The notes beneath the pieces are model-generated. The model saw nothing but the letters and a program-made list of their open reading frames with translations. It did not search any database and was not told where the DNA came from. A stretch of DNA of 24,000 bases from Nanobdellota archaeon (lineage in GTDB: Archaea; Nanobdellota; Nanobdellia; Woesearchaeales; UBA9642), in contig JAKAKR010000014.1 in assembly GCA_021813435.1 (NCBI GenBank), forward strand, positions 98,889 to 122,888. The letters run 5' to 3'. Position numbers and translations under genes: made by a program. Shown one piece after another: positions 8,064 through 16,131 of the stretch; the stretch's first letter is position 1, and every line of letters begins with the position of its first letter.

Positions 8064-8960
8064 ATGGAAGACAATACCACAGGGGCGTCCACTGATGCGC
8101 GCAGTGCAGAAGCAAGCCGTCATCTTGATGCTGCTGAATTCAGGAAGCGCCTGGAGTTCAAACGGGATTATTATTACTCACGAATATCCCGCAACATGCC
8201 GCGCAAAGGAAGACCAACACTGATATTCCGGACGCATTCCAAAGATCGGGGGATTGTGCTGTCATACCAATTGCCGGGTGAAACCTGTGATGTTCTGGCG
8301 CATCTCGGCAGGGAAATCAAGACCATTATTCCAGGATTATACCTCACTCCACAAAGCGTGATGAATCTTGAGATATTCAAAGTCAAGGGAAAGGAAATCA
8401 CTGCCGCAACAGGTTATCGCCCGACCATTGCAGATCTCACTCAGCTCATTGAAGAGAATAGTGCTGAACTGGAACAGACTATCACGGGACTGCATGCAGT
8501 ACGCTACTCATTTGAGCGGTTCATGTTCGATACCTACTCGATTGTTGCTGCAGGGATTGCGCGTAGCGGCTATTATGAACAGGTACGACGGCTGTATCGC
8601 GCGCTTGACGATAAAGATGTGTTCAGAAAACACATTGCAGGCCAGAACAGCGGCGCAGGCATTGCCACTACTGACGAAGATGTCATCGCAGCGTATCTCA
8701 AGAATTTTCCTGGAGAAAATGCGCAGCAATGGACCAAGATTGCGCGATTCACTGACACGCACCCCATAACGCCAAAACAGCACCAGAAGATCCGCACGGT
8801 ATATAATGATTATCTCTCTTTCAAGGATGAAAATGGCGTCAATAAGTTGCGGGGGATACTGCTGGAACAAGTGCAGTTCAGCGTGTTTGAATTCACCCGT
8901 GAAGAATACCGCATAACACCAATCAAAACATTCAAACTCATCAATACCACGCAGGATTAG
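8064..8960 (+). CDS. Hypothetical protein (298 aa)
   Basis: Long ORF with a correctly spaced TATA box. No family recognised. Confidence 0.6.
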   Translation: MEDNTTGASTDARSAEASRHLDAAEFRKRLEFKRDYYYSRISRNMPRKGRPTLIFRTHSKDRGIVLSYQLPGETCDVLAHLGREIKTIIPGLYLTPQSVMNLEIFKVKGKEITAATGYRPTIADLTQLIEENSAELEQTITGLHAVRYSFERFMFDTYSIVAAGIARSGYYEQVRRLYRALDDKDVFRKHIAGQNSGAGIATTDEDVIAAYLKNFPGENAQQWTKIARFTDTHPITPKQHQKIRTVYNDYLSFKDENGVNKLRGILLEQVQFSVFEFTREEYRITPIKTFKLINTTQD

Positions 8961-8994
8961 TTGAGCGTCAATAAGAAATCAAAGGATAAAAAAT

Positions 8995-9595
8995 GAACCT
9001 CTCAGGCCTAAAGGCCTGAGTATCCTGTAAGAAATGTTTGTTCTCTTGCTCCACGGTTTGATTGTGCAATATAATTTTTTATAGATTCTGCAGTCACGTT
9101 TCCGACTGAGCGGAAAAATTTTCCTGGACTCCATAAGTGCCCAGTTCTAAAATAGTTTCTCAGCCATGGTTGTTTCTGAAAAAGTTTATAAGAAGTAAAG
9201 CCCTTAAGAAGGTTAAGCGCTTTGGAAACAGCAATGGTCGGTGGAATTTCCACAAATATATGGATGTGATCTTCCATGACTTCGAGTTCAAAGATTTGAA
9301 TTTTATAACGAAGCGCTGCTTCATTAAGGATTGCTTCGCAATCCTTTTTTATCCAAGGAAATTTGAAAATATCCCATGCATATTTTGGTTTCCAAACCAA
9401 ATGATAACTATTTTGCCTGACGCTGTGCGAAAAATTTGTTAATTCCATTTTGTTCGTCTCCGACGAACATAGCTCACGCTAACTTAGAGAGGTTAGTGCG
9501 TGACGCAAAAAATTCGTTCGTCACGCATTTTTTAATTTCAAAATAGAAAAAGTTATCCGTTACAGACTACAACTTGCCGTAAACGGCAAGGTATT
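8995..9595 (-). mobile_element. IS200/IS605-family insertion sequence (TnpA only), boundaries approximate
   Basis: A Y1 HUH transposase gene is flanked by GC-rich subterminal hairpins with identical TAAA loops: CTCAGGCC-TAAA-GGCCTGAG (9001-9020) and CTTGCCG-TAAA-CGGCAAG (9573-9590). Further hairpins lie at 9451-9469 and 9497-9527. No terminal inverted repeats were found, as expected for this family. Confidence 0.7.
9008..9448 (-). CDS. tnpA: IS200/IS605-family transposase TnpA (Y1 HUH)
   Basis: YHLVWKPKY..., HUH motif HIHIFVEIPP, and a C-terminal catalytic-Tyr region SVGNVTAESIKNYI. The 146-aa size is typical. Confidence 0.85.
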   Translation of the reverse strand: MELTNFSHSVRQNSYHLVWKPKYAWDIFKFPWIKKDCEAILNEAALRYKIQIFELEVMEDHIHIFVEIPPTIAVSKALNLLKGFTSYKLFQKQPWLRNYFRTGHLWSPGKFFRSVGNVTAESIKNYIAQSNRGAREQTFLTGYSGL

Positions 9596-9630
9596 CTGAA
9601 CGATTTAAAAAATAAGAATAGTACTTGGTT

Positions 9631-10020
9631 TTATTCCTTTTTCTCTTCAGCAGGCGCTGCAGTGATGAGCGGCGTTGGACCATACTTGACGACCTTGAGA
9701 TTGATCTGTGTAGTCCTATTATAGATGGTGTTTCCTGCAATAGTTCTGCGGAGTCGCATTCCTGTACGAGTGTAACGGTTTCCAGTCGCAGTGGTTGTCA
9801 AGATCTGTTTGCGCATGATCCCATTCACATCCTTGCGCATAGGAAATCCGCAATAATCAGAACCGCCTGCAATCTCAAACTCGTAACCCGGCATATCAAT
9901 TGACTCTCCATTGATCTTGTCGCCGATCTTTTTACCGTACAAGAATCCTGCGGCATCTTCCTTCAATTCCTTCTTGATGCACTTTCCTGACTTGTCTGCA
10001 ATATTCAGTTTTAAATCCAT
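9631..10020 (-). CDS. rps6e: 30S ribosomal protein S6e
   Basis: MDLKLNIADKSGK...GYEFEIAGGSDYCGFPMRKDV...RLRRTIAGN matches S6e. ATG 10020 is preceded by GGGAGG. The ORF-track start at 10044 adds 8 non-conserved residues. Confidence 0.85.
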   Translation of the reverse strand: MDLKLNIADKSGKCIKKELKEDAAGFLYGKKIGDKINGESIDMPGYEFEIAGGSDYCGFPMRKDVNGIMRKQILTTTATGNRYTRTGMRLRRTIAGNTIYNRTTQINLKVVKYGPTPLITAAPAEEKKE

Positions 10021-10219
10021 TTTTTTCCTCCCAGAGAAACACATGCAAATCAGAGAAATCCATAAGAATAAAGAGGACTGGTGGTCCGCACTATCCTATA
10101 AACTTCCAGAGGCATGCATCCTCAGTTGTTTATGCGTATGAGTGCAAGAAACAGTGGGATGTTTATAAATATTATGCTTTAGTTGAACGACGCGGGATGT
10201 CGCAGGATATTAAACAAAG

Positions 10220-10229
10220 TTTATAAAAT
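10220..10229 (+). promoter_or_regulatory. TATA box (TTTATAAAAT) for the GTPase gene
   Basis: About 25 nt upstream of ATG 10249. This argues against the TTG start at 10183. Confidence 0.45.
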
Positions 10230-10248
10230 ACCCGTCGTTTCCTGCATC

Positions 10249-11211
10249 ATGAATTTTCAGGGATTGCAAAAAATTGAACGCGCAGAATTCTATATCGAAC
10301 TCGCATTCCGCGCTGCACGCAAGCAGGGCGACAAGATCTACATGCGCACTTCCGGAGAGCAGTTCCTGCGCATCAAAAAGACCGAGATCGAACGGGTCAA
10401 GGAATTTGCAAAGACTATCCGGGAGAAGATGGACGCTATCACCAAGAATTTTCCCTCGATCGATGGCATGCCGGAATTCTATCAGGAACTCGTCCGGACA
10501 ACAATCGATTATGACCAATTGAAAAAATCCCTCGGCGCAGTCAAGTGGGCAAGCGAGCATGTAAGGATTTTTGCAAGAAAATATGAGCAGAAGATGCGCG
10601 GCGCGCGCGAACAGGGAACACTCAAGCGGCAATCGACTGAATTCTATGGCCGCGCAAGTTCACTGCTCAAGCAGATCAAGTCAAACCTTGCCTATCTTGA
10701 GGAATCGCGCGGGATCATGAAGACGTATCCGACGATCAAGACTGAACTCTTCACGGTTGCAATCACAGGCTTTCCCAATATCGGCAAGAGCACGCTCCTC
10801 TCCAAATTGACCCCGGCAAAGCCTGAGATAAAAAATTATGCGTTCACAACAAAAAATCTGAATCAGGGATACGCGCAGTATGGCATCCACAAGATCCAAT
10901 TCGTCGATACGCCGGGTGTATTGAACCGCCACCAGATGAATGCCATTGAGCAGCAGGCATATCTTATCATGAAGTATCTTGCAAACCTTATTGTCTATGT
11001 GATTGATCTCACTGAACCCTACAGCATCAAGGAGCAGGAAAAACTTCTCAAGACACTTGCAGAGTATGACAAGCCCATTGTCATCTATCTTTCAAAGACT
11101 GATATCATCGATGCTGCAACGACCGCAAAGGCAAAGAAGAAATACCGCGCCATCACCAGCGTCGGGGATTTACGTGCACGCATAGAGAAGGTCATGCAAC
11201 AGGGCAGATAA
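10249..11211 (+). CDS. NOG1-family GTP-binding protein
   Basis: NOG1-type N-terminal helical region, G1 GFPNIGKST, G2 AFTT, G3 DTPG. The size (about 320 aa) is typical of the archaeal NOG1-like GTPase. Confidence 0.8.
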   Translation: MNFQGLQKIERAEFYIELAFRAARKQGDKIYMRTSGEQFLRIKKTEIERVKEFAKTIREKMDAITKNFPSIDGMPEFYQELVRTTIDYDQLKKSLGAVKWASEHVRIFARKYEQKMRGAREQGTLKRQSTEFYGRASSLLKQIKSNLAYLEESRGIMKTYPTIKTELFTVAITGFPNIGKSTLLSKLTPAKPEIKNYAFTTKNLNQGYAQYGIHKIQFVDTPGVLNRHQMNAIEQQAYLIMKYLANLIVYVIDLTEPYSIKEQEKLLKTLAEYDKPIVIYLSKTDIIDAATTAKAKKKYRAITSVGDLRARIEKVMQQGR

Positions 11212-11277
11212 GTATACAAAAGTATACTATACTCAAACTATTTTAATAACTTCTGGTTTCTTTTGCTTGATACTACA

Positions 11278-11724
11278 ATGAAAAAAGCGCTAGAATACCT
11301 GCTCACCAATCACCTTGTCAGCGAGCATGAACTTAAAGAAGGCGGACTACTCCCCGCAGCAGAAGACCTTGCGGTAACACTGCGCAGAGCAACAACTGAA
11401 CTTATCAAGCGGCTTGCGCGCAACGCACGCTATAACGGGACCATGACTGATCATGGGATGGTGTGGCATGAGAACCCGCATTATGTTGACATCGGGATAA
11501 ATCCTGAACCATTCACCAAGATCACGCCAGAACAGATAACAATATTTGAGAATGATCACGCATACCATGCCTACGCGCTCCAGAATCCCTCACCCTATAA
11601 CTTCAATAATACCACAACCCAAGAGAAAGAGAAAATAGATCCCGTCACCCGGGAAAAACTGATGGTCACAACCATCATCCCGATAAAGTATTATCTCTAC
11701 CTTTTCAGTTTTCCTAAAGATTGA
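11278..11724 (+). CDS. Hypothetical protein (148 aa)
   Basis: ORF starting at ATG 11278 (the track start at 11263 is TTG). No family recognised. Confidence 0.5.
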   Translation: MKKALEYLLTNHLVSEHELKEGGLLPAAEDLAVTLRRATTELIKRLARNARYNGTMTDHGMVWHENPHYVDIGINPEPFTKITPEQITIFENDHAYHAYALQNPSPYNFNNTTTQEKEKIDPVTREKLMVTTIIPIKYYLYLFSFPKD

Positions 11725-11766
11725 TAGCGGGGTTGTTCTCAGAGAAAATAGTATAAGAAAAAAAAA

Positions 11767-12303
11767 TTATTTATTCTTGACTTCAAAGATCTGGCAACGG
11801 CAAGGTAATTTATTCTTGCAACGGGTCAAACCCTCTTTTGCATATTTCAATCCTGTCTTGTCGACAGAGACCACAAACACTGCCTCGCCTGCCTTGACCT
11901 GTGCTGCAAGACCCACAGTCTTTCCAAAGGATGCAGCCATTCCTGTACTCATACGGTCTGCACCCGCGCCTGACGCTAACGCATTCTCGCGCAGGAGGTG
12001 ATGCGGGAATTTACGGAGTTGCATGCGAAAACCGGATTTTCCAAGATACTTTTCAAGAACCCTGTTCCCGGACTGTCTTGCTGACTCCAATGCATTATGC
12101 CTGATCTGCAGATCCTTCTTGGTCACAAGCGTGAGCGTATACTCAAATTCTCCCGGCTGCTTCTGTAGATTACCCATCTCATAACGGATGACCTTGCTAT
12201 GCGGCGAGCCGCGGACAAAATCTTTCTTTCTATACTTTGATTTACGTGTATAGGGACGCTTGAATTCCTTGTTATATGCTGATCCTTTGCGTAATTTTGC
12301 CAT
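11767..12303 (-). CDS. rpl10e: 50S ribosomal protein L10e (uL16)
   Basis: MAKLRKGSAYNKEFKRPYTRKSKYRKKDFVRGSP...IRYEMGN matches L10e, 178 aa from ATG 12303. The ORF-track extension to 12507 runs across tRNA-Gln and is spurious. Confidence 0.9.
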   Translation of the reverse strand: MAKLRKGSAYNKEFKRPYTRKSKYRKKDFVRGSPHSKVIRYEMGNLQKQPGEFEYTLTLVTKKDLQIRHNALESARQSGNRVLEKYLGKSGFRMQLRKFPHHLLRENALASGAGADRMSTGMAASFGKTVGLAAQVKAGEAVFVVSVDKTGLKYAKEGLTRCKNKLPCRCQIFEVKNK

Positions 12304-12346
12304 AAAAAACACCTGTAAAACTTCTAGTGGGAGAAAAAACGATTCA

Positions 12347-12358
12347 TTTATAAATATT
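12347..12358. promoter_or_regulatory. Near-palindromic TATA element (TTTATAAATATT), possibly shared by divergent rpl10e and tRNA-Gln
   Basis: About 30 nt upstream of the tRNA-Gln 5' end (12382) and about 45 nt upstream of rpl10e ATG (12303) on the other strand. Confidence 0.4.
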
Positions 12359-12381
12359 GCCTTTTTCCCTAGGAGCAATAC

Positions 12382-12454
12382 AGCCCCGTAGTGTAGCGGC
12401 CAATCATAGGGGACTCTGGATCCTCTGACCCCAGTTCGAATCTGGGCGGGGCTA
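12382..12454 (+). tRNA. tRNA-Gln (anticodon CTG)
   Basis: Manual cloverleaf: acceptor AGCCCCG/CGGGGCT, D arm GTGT-AGCGGCCAA-TCAT (as in archaeal tRNA-Gln), anticodon stem GGGGA/TCCTC with loop CTCTGGA, T arm CCCAG-TTCGAAT-CTGGG, discriminator A. No CCA is encoded. Confidence 0.9.
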
Positions 12455-12570
12455 TCATTCTTTAATGTTCGGAAAGTGGGGCTAACAGCCTTTTGCTTTC
12501 TGTCCATTAGGATTTTTAGCTTTGGTGTACATATCCACTTAAATATTAGCTAATTCTTGGAGGATTTAAG

Positions 12571-13728
12571 ATGGTACGACATGCATTTGCGTCGAACGGG
12601 AAGAGAGATATCCATAACCTCGAAGCTGAGTACGATAAGGCTTTTGAGAAGTTGGAGTCTTCTGAGAAATGGGTTTTTGAGAGCAATAGGGCTCTTATTA
12701 TAGAGTATCTGAGGGCTTGTAAAAAGGGACAGGCCAAGAGCGGTGGCAGGAATGTCAGGGTCGGAAAAAGCTCTTTATACCGTGTTTTAGGTGTATTGAG
12801 GTTATTGAGTGAGAAATGGCTTAAGAAAGATTTTGATGCAGCTACAGCCCAAGACTGGCAATTATTCTATGATAAGATGGAGGAAGATGAGTTCTTGAAT
12901 GAGAATGGGAAAAAGTTCAAGCAAGCGACAAAAGCCAAGAACTATAAGACCATAAGGAAATTCTTGAAATGGAGATTTGGCAATAACAGATCTTATCCAG
13001 ACATATGCGCTGACTGGGTCACGACAGAAGAGAAAAGCACAAAAGAGTATCTTACACGTCAAGAAGTTGAGAGGATGGTGCAAGCAGCTAACTCTACAAA
13101 GACTAAATGCATGATAATGATGCTATTTGATGGAGGATTCAGGATTGAAGAATTGGCTAACTTGAAATGGCCTGACGTAATTAAAGAGGAGGGCAGAAAT
13201 TATTATCGTGCAGATGTCCGTGCAGAGACTAGCAAAACTAAGAAATCAAGAAAAGTTTCTCTCTGGTTAGCGACTGATATGATTGAATCATATAAGAATT
13301 CATTGATAGCAGCGAAGAAATTTAATCCTTCAGGATTCTTATTTGATGCTAATTATGATGTATTGCGTCTTACTGTCAGAAGACTCGGAAGCAGGGTGTT
13401 GAATAAGAACATCTCTCCTCACACATTAAGGCATAGTTCAGCCACGTATTATGCATCAATAATTAAGACATATCAACAGTTCTGTTCTAGATATGGCTGG
13501 ACGCTGAGAAGCAATGCACCACAAGTCTATTTCCACTCCGTGGCTGACGATGAGATAGCAGAGCAGACAAGAGAACACGAAATCGCTAGATTCAAGACAG
13601 AATTCGAGAGACAGAAACTTCAGAACAGGCAGCTGCAAGACACTCTTGAAAAGATGAAGAAGGATCAAGAAAGCATGAGGGAAGAGATTCTGAAGAGTGT
13701 ACTCAAAGAATTAGGCACGACAAAATAA
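12571..13728 (+). CDS. int: Tyrosine recombinase / integrase
   Basis: Catalytic-domain motifs: LFDGGFRIEELANLKW (Arg I), HTLRHSSATYYAS (H-x-x-R), and a later Tyr region. Strong Shine-Dalgarno GGAGGA at 12559-12564. Position next to a tRNA. Confidence 0.85.
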   Translation: MVRHAFASNGKRDIHNLEAEYDKAFEKLESSEKWVFESNRALIIEYLRACKKGQAKSGGRNVRVGKSSLYRVLGVLRLLSEKWLKKDFDAATAQDWQLFYDKMEEDEFLNENGKKFKQATKAKNYKTIRKFLKWRFGNNRSYPDICADWVTTEEKSTKEYLTRQEVERMVQAANSTKTKCMIMMLFDGGFRIEELANLKWPDVIKEEGRNYYRADVRAETSKTKKSRKVSLWLATDMIESYKNSLIAAKKFNPSGFLFDANYDVLRLTVRRLGSRVLNKNISPHTLRHSSATYYASIIKTYQQFCSRYGWTLRSNAPQVYFHSVADDEIAEQTREHEIARFKTEFERQKLQNRQLQDTLEKMKKDQESMREEILKSVLKELGTTK

Positions 13729-13738
13729 TATTTTTTTA

Positions 13739-13882
13739 TTATTTTATTACTATGCCAATCAATTCTAGAAGCCTTAACTGTTTATCTGTCAATCTAGATG
13801 CGTTCTTCCTTATGAAATCTTCAATATTCTTGTATCCTTGAGATTTCAATTTCATTTCCATAGATTCGAGTTCTTGATCCAT
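13739..13882 (-). CDS. Small hypothetical protein (47 aa), possible HTH
   Basis: MDQELESMEMKLKSQGYKNIEDFIRKNASRLTDKQLRLLELIGIVIK. The LTDKQLRLLELIG segment resembles LuxR/sigma-region-4-type HTH helices. It is convergent with int and not in the ORF track (<60 aa). The same frame continues upstream to ATG 13966 across one TGA. Confidence 0.3.
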   Translation of the reverse strand: MDQELESMEMKLKSQGYKNIEDFIRKNASRLTDKQLRLLELIGIVIK

Positions 13883-14012
13883 AATATCAATGTATTTTTG
13901 CTTCCTTAAATCACGAACTCATACAAACGATATCTCTGAGATTACTTGTCCCTTTTTTGTACCCATTTCTTTATCCTAACAATATTTATTGAACCTTGAA
14001 CTGTTTTCTTAT

Positions 14013-14195
14013 ATGGTAAAAAATAAGATTATACTCATCAGGGTCACTGAAGAGCAGAATGTTGAACTAATAGCTCGAACACGTAAGTCGGGATTCAGCA
14101 AGAAAGCAGACTATATCAGGAGCAAATTATTTAGTGATAATTCAAGCGAAGAAAAAATAAATAAGATATACGAAAAGGTGTGCGGAAATGGATGA
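14013..14195 (+). CDS. Ribbon-helix-helix (CopG/MobC-like) DNA-binding protein
   Basis: KIILIRVTEEQNVELIARTRKSGFSKKADYIRSKL follows the RHH pattern (beta strand, helix, G, helix). ATG 14013 is preferred; the track start at 13989 is TTG. Confidence 0.55.
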   Translation: MVKNKIILIRVTEEQNVELIARTRKSGFSKKADYIRSKLFSDNSSEEKINKIYEKVCGNG

Positions 14196-14388
14196 ATCTT
14201 TCGAAGAATACAGATCTGAAAGAAAGAGCTTCTTCTGTCCGAACAAGCTCTGGGAAGAAGTCAGATCTAAGACTAAAGACAAGACATCCATATCTCACTA
14301 CATCAAGCGAGCAATCATAGAAAAAATGAAGAAAGATGACCCTCAAAGAAGTGAATATTATGAAGGTTTACTTATAATTATAGATTAA
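14188..14388 (+). CDS. Ribbon-helix-helix (CopG-like) DNA-binding protein
   Basis: KSFFCPNKLWEEVRSKTKDKTSISHYIKRAIIEKM follows the RHH pattern. It overlaps the upstream RHH gene by 8 nt. Confidence 0.5.
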   Translation: MDESFEEYRSERKSFFCPNKLWEEVRSKTKDKTSISHYIKRAIIEKMKKDDPQRSEYYEGLLIIID

Positions 14389-14403
14389 TAATCCAAATGA
14401 AAT

Positions 14404-16071
14404 TCATACACTTTTTATCCATGGAAATAATTGCGATTGCGGATTTTCTTCTTTATCTTTTACTGCCTGCTGCAATATTTTTTCATTTATTTTGTGAATT
14501 TCTTCTCTGGACTTAATCAAATTCTCTTTCGATAAAGTATTAGATTCACGCAATGCTCTAATGGTTTGCGGATAACCTTTTTCATCCTTTTTCAATATAT
14601 CAGTTTCTGCTAATTCATAACCCTCAACTTTCTTATGTAACCATAATGCATACGATCCAAGATCCAAACAATATGCTTCAAAAACATCTTTGGAAGTGTG
14701 TGTGAGATGTAGGTTTGAATGGATTAGATGGACTATCTTGAAATCTATTAAATCATTTAATTTGTCAAGCGTTTCTTTTTCTTCTTGTTTAGTCCCTTTA
14801 TTTACTAAAAATGCTGTCCTTTTGTTATATTTCGTGCAGAAATCGAATACCTCATTAAAATATACATCTAATTCTTTCTTCTTTGCGTATTTTGTCTCCA
14901 AATTCTTCTGCTTATCTAGGAATAGATTATGTGCAGCTTTGTTGATTACATGAAAATCAATTTTTGGAGTTTCCTTTGAGAAATCCATTTGAGAAACACA
15001 ATATACAAATAATTGAAGGAAATCTCTAGGCACTCCTCCGGAAGCCCACACCAATCTTTTGAATCCATTATCCGTAGCAACAAACAAATCTTGAGCATCC
15101 TTGATTTTGAACATGGAGCATATGTCACTTAAAATCTTCTGTAAAAAACTCTCTGTTTCATCAAATCTTTGTAGCAGAAAATCCAAATCAATTTTTTGTA
15201 AATCAGCACTTTCTTCAAGACCATGTGGAGCTCCATCAGATTCTCTTTCATATAATTTCGTACGATGAGATATGCTCGCTATTTTTAGATATGCTTTTTG
15301 ACCTTTGCATAATCTGAATAAATAGTCAATAACATGAGGTTGGTCTTCGACTTGAACATGATAAAAATCATCTAGCAATAAAAATAATGCACTCTGATTT
15401 AGATAAATTATTGTACTGCTTAAAGTTGACCTGTATGTATCGATATTTTTATAAAGAAAATCAATTTTTTTCATATTCAATTTTATTCTACTTTTAATTT
15501 CTTTAGTTGACGATTTTCCAGAAGATAAACTTGCACTCATCGAAGATCCAATTATATTTGCCTGTTCAGAAAATTGGGCATTGCTATTTTTAGATTCGGA
15601 TAATCCTTGCTCTAGATCTTGATCGTATTCTATCGGCAAATCCTTTAACGAATTCAGGTCAGCAATGTCTTTATTTAATGCGTTCACGATTTTATTCTTT
15701 TTACGTTTTCCGGATAAATTTAGAACAAAATGTTTTTTTGTTTGAACTTTATTCCTTAAGTCTTCAAATATTTTAATTAGATTGGCTATTAATAAATCTG
15801 GATATCTATGATCAGTGTATAGATTGTAATCTATAAATGTAGTAGCCACTTTTTTCCTCTCGGCATTTATTTTTAATGCAACCAAGAGAGTTGTTTTACC
15901 CGATCCTCTCCTCCCATAAATTACAGTATTACATTTTGTTTGAACATTATTCAAATTGTTATTGTAATCAATATATACTACTTCTCCAGACTTTTCTTCA
16001 GTATATCTAAATATCTCCTTGATTCTTACGGCTACAAGGTTAAGTCTTGTCTTCAAATCTTCGTTGTTCAT
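14404..16071 (-). CDS. P-loop NTPase (555 aa) with a long Walker A-Walker B spacer
   Basis: Walker A VIYGRRGSGKTTLL (aa 50-63) and Walker B FLLLDDFYH (aa 230-238), separated by about 170 aa that include a Ser-rich low-complexity stretch. SGGVPRDFL is sensor-like. It has its own TATA-like element about 30 nt upstream of ATG 16071. Confidence 0.7.
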   Translation of the reverse strand: MNNEDLKTRLNLVAVRIKEIFRYTEEKSGEVVYIDYNNNLNNVQTKCNTVIYGRRGSGKTTLLVALKINAERKKVATTFIDYNLYTDHRYPDLLIANLIKIFEDLRNKVQTKKHFVLNLSGKRKKNKIVNALNKDIADLNSLKDLPIEYDQDLEQGLSESKNSNAQFSEQANIIGSSMSASLSSGKSSTKEIKSRIKLNMKKIDFLYKNIDTYRSTLSSTIIYLNQSALFLLLDDFYHVQVEDQPHVIDYLFRLCKGQKAYLKIASISHRTKLYERESDGAPHGLEESADLQKIDLDFLLQRFDETESFLQKILSDICSMFKIKDAQDLFVATDNGFKRLVWASGGVPRDFLQLFVYCVSQMDFSKETPKIDFHVINKAAHNLFLDKQKNLETKYAKKKELDVYFNEVFDFCTKYNKRTAFLVNKGTKQEEKETLDKLNDLIDFKIVHLIHSNLHLTHTSKDVFEAYCLDLGSYALWLHKKVEGYELAETDILKKDEKGYPQTIRALRESNTLSKENLIKSREEIHKINEKILQQAVKDKEENPQSQLFPWIKSV

Positions 16072-16131
16072 ACAATAAGTGTAGGCACATCATATAATAA
16101 ATTTTGTTATTTTGAAGGCACTTCTGTTGGT

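Noticed and set aside
12304-12507. N-terminal extension of the L10e ORF (track model 11767..12507)
   Set aside because: The extension runs antisense across tRNA-Gln and a TATA element and has no L10e-like sequence. The conserved protein starts at MAKLRKG (ATG 12303).
13919-13921. UGA recoding (alternative genetic code or selenocysteine) to explain the in-frame TGA
   Set aside because: TGA is the stop of well-conserved genes in the same window (S17e at 801-803, the HKD-helicase at 21737-21739, the ABC ATPase at 23875-23877). No SECIS-like context is evident.
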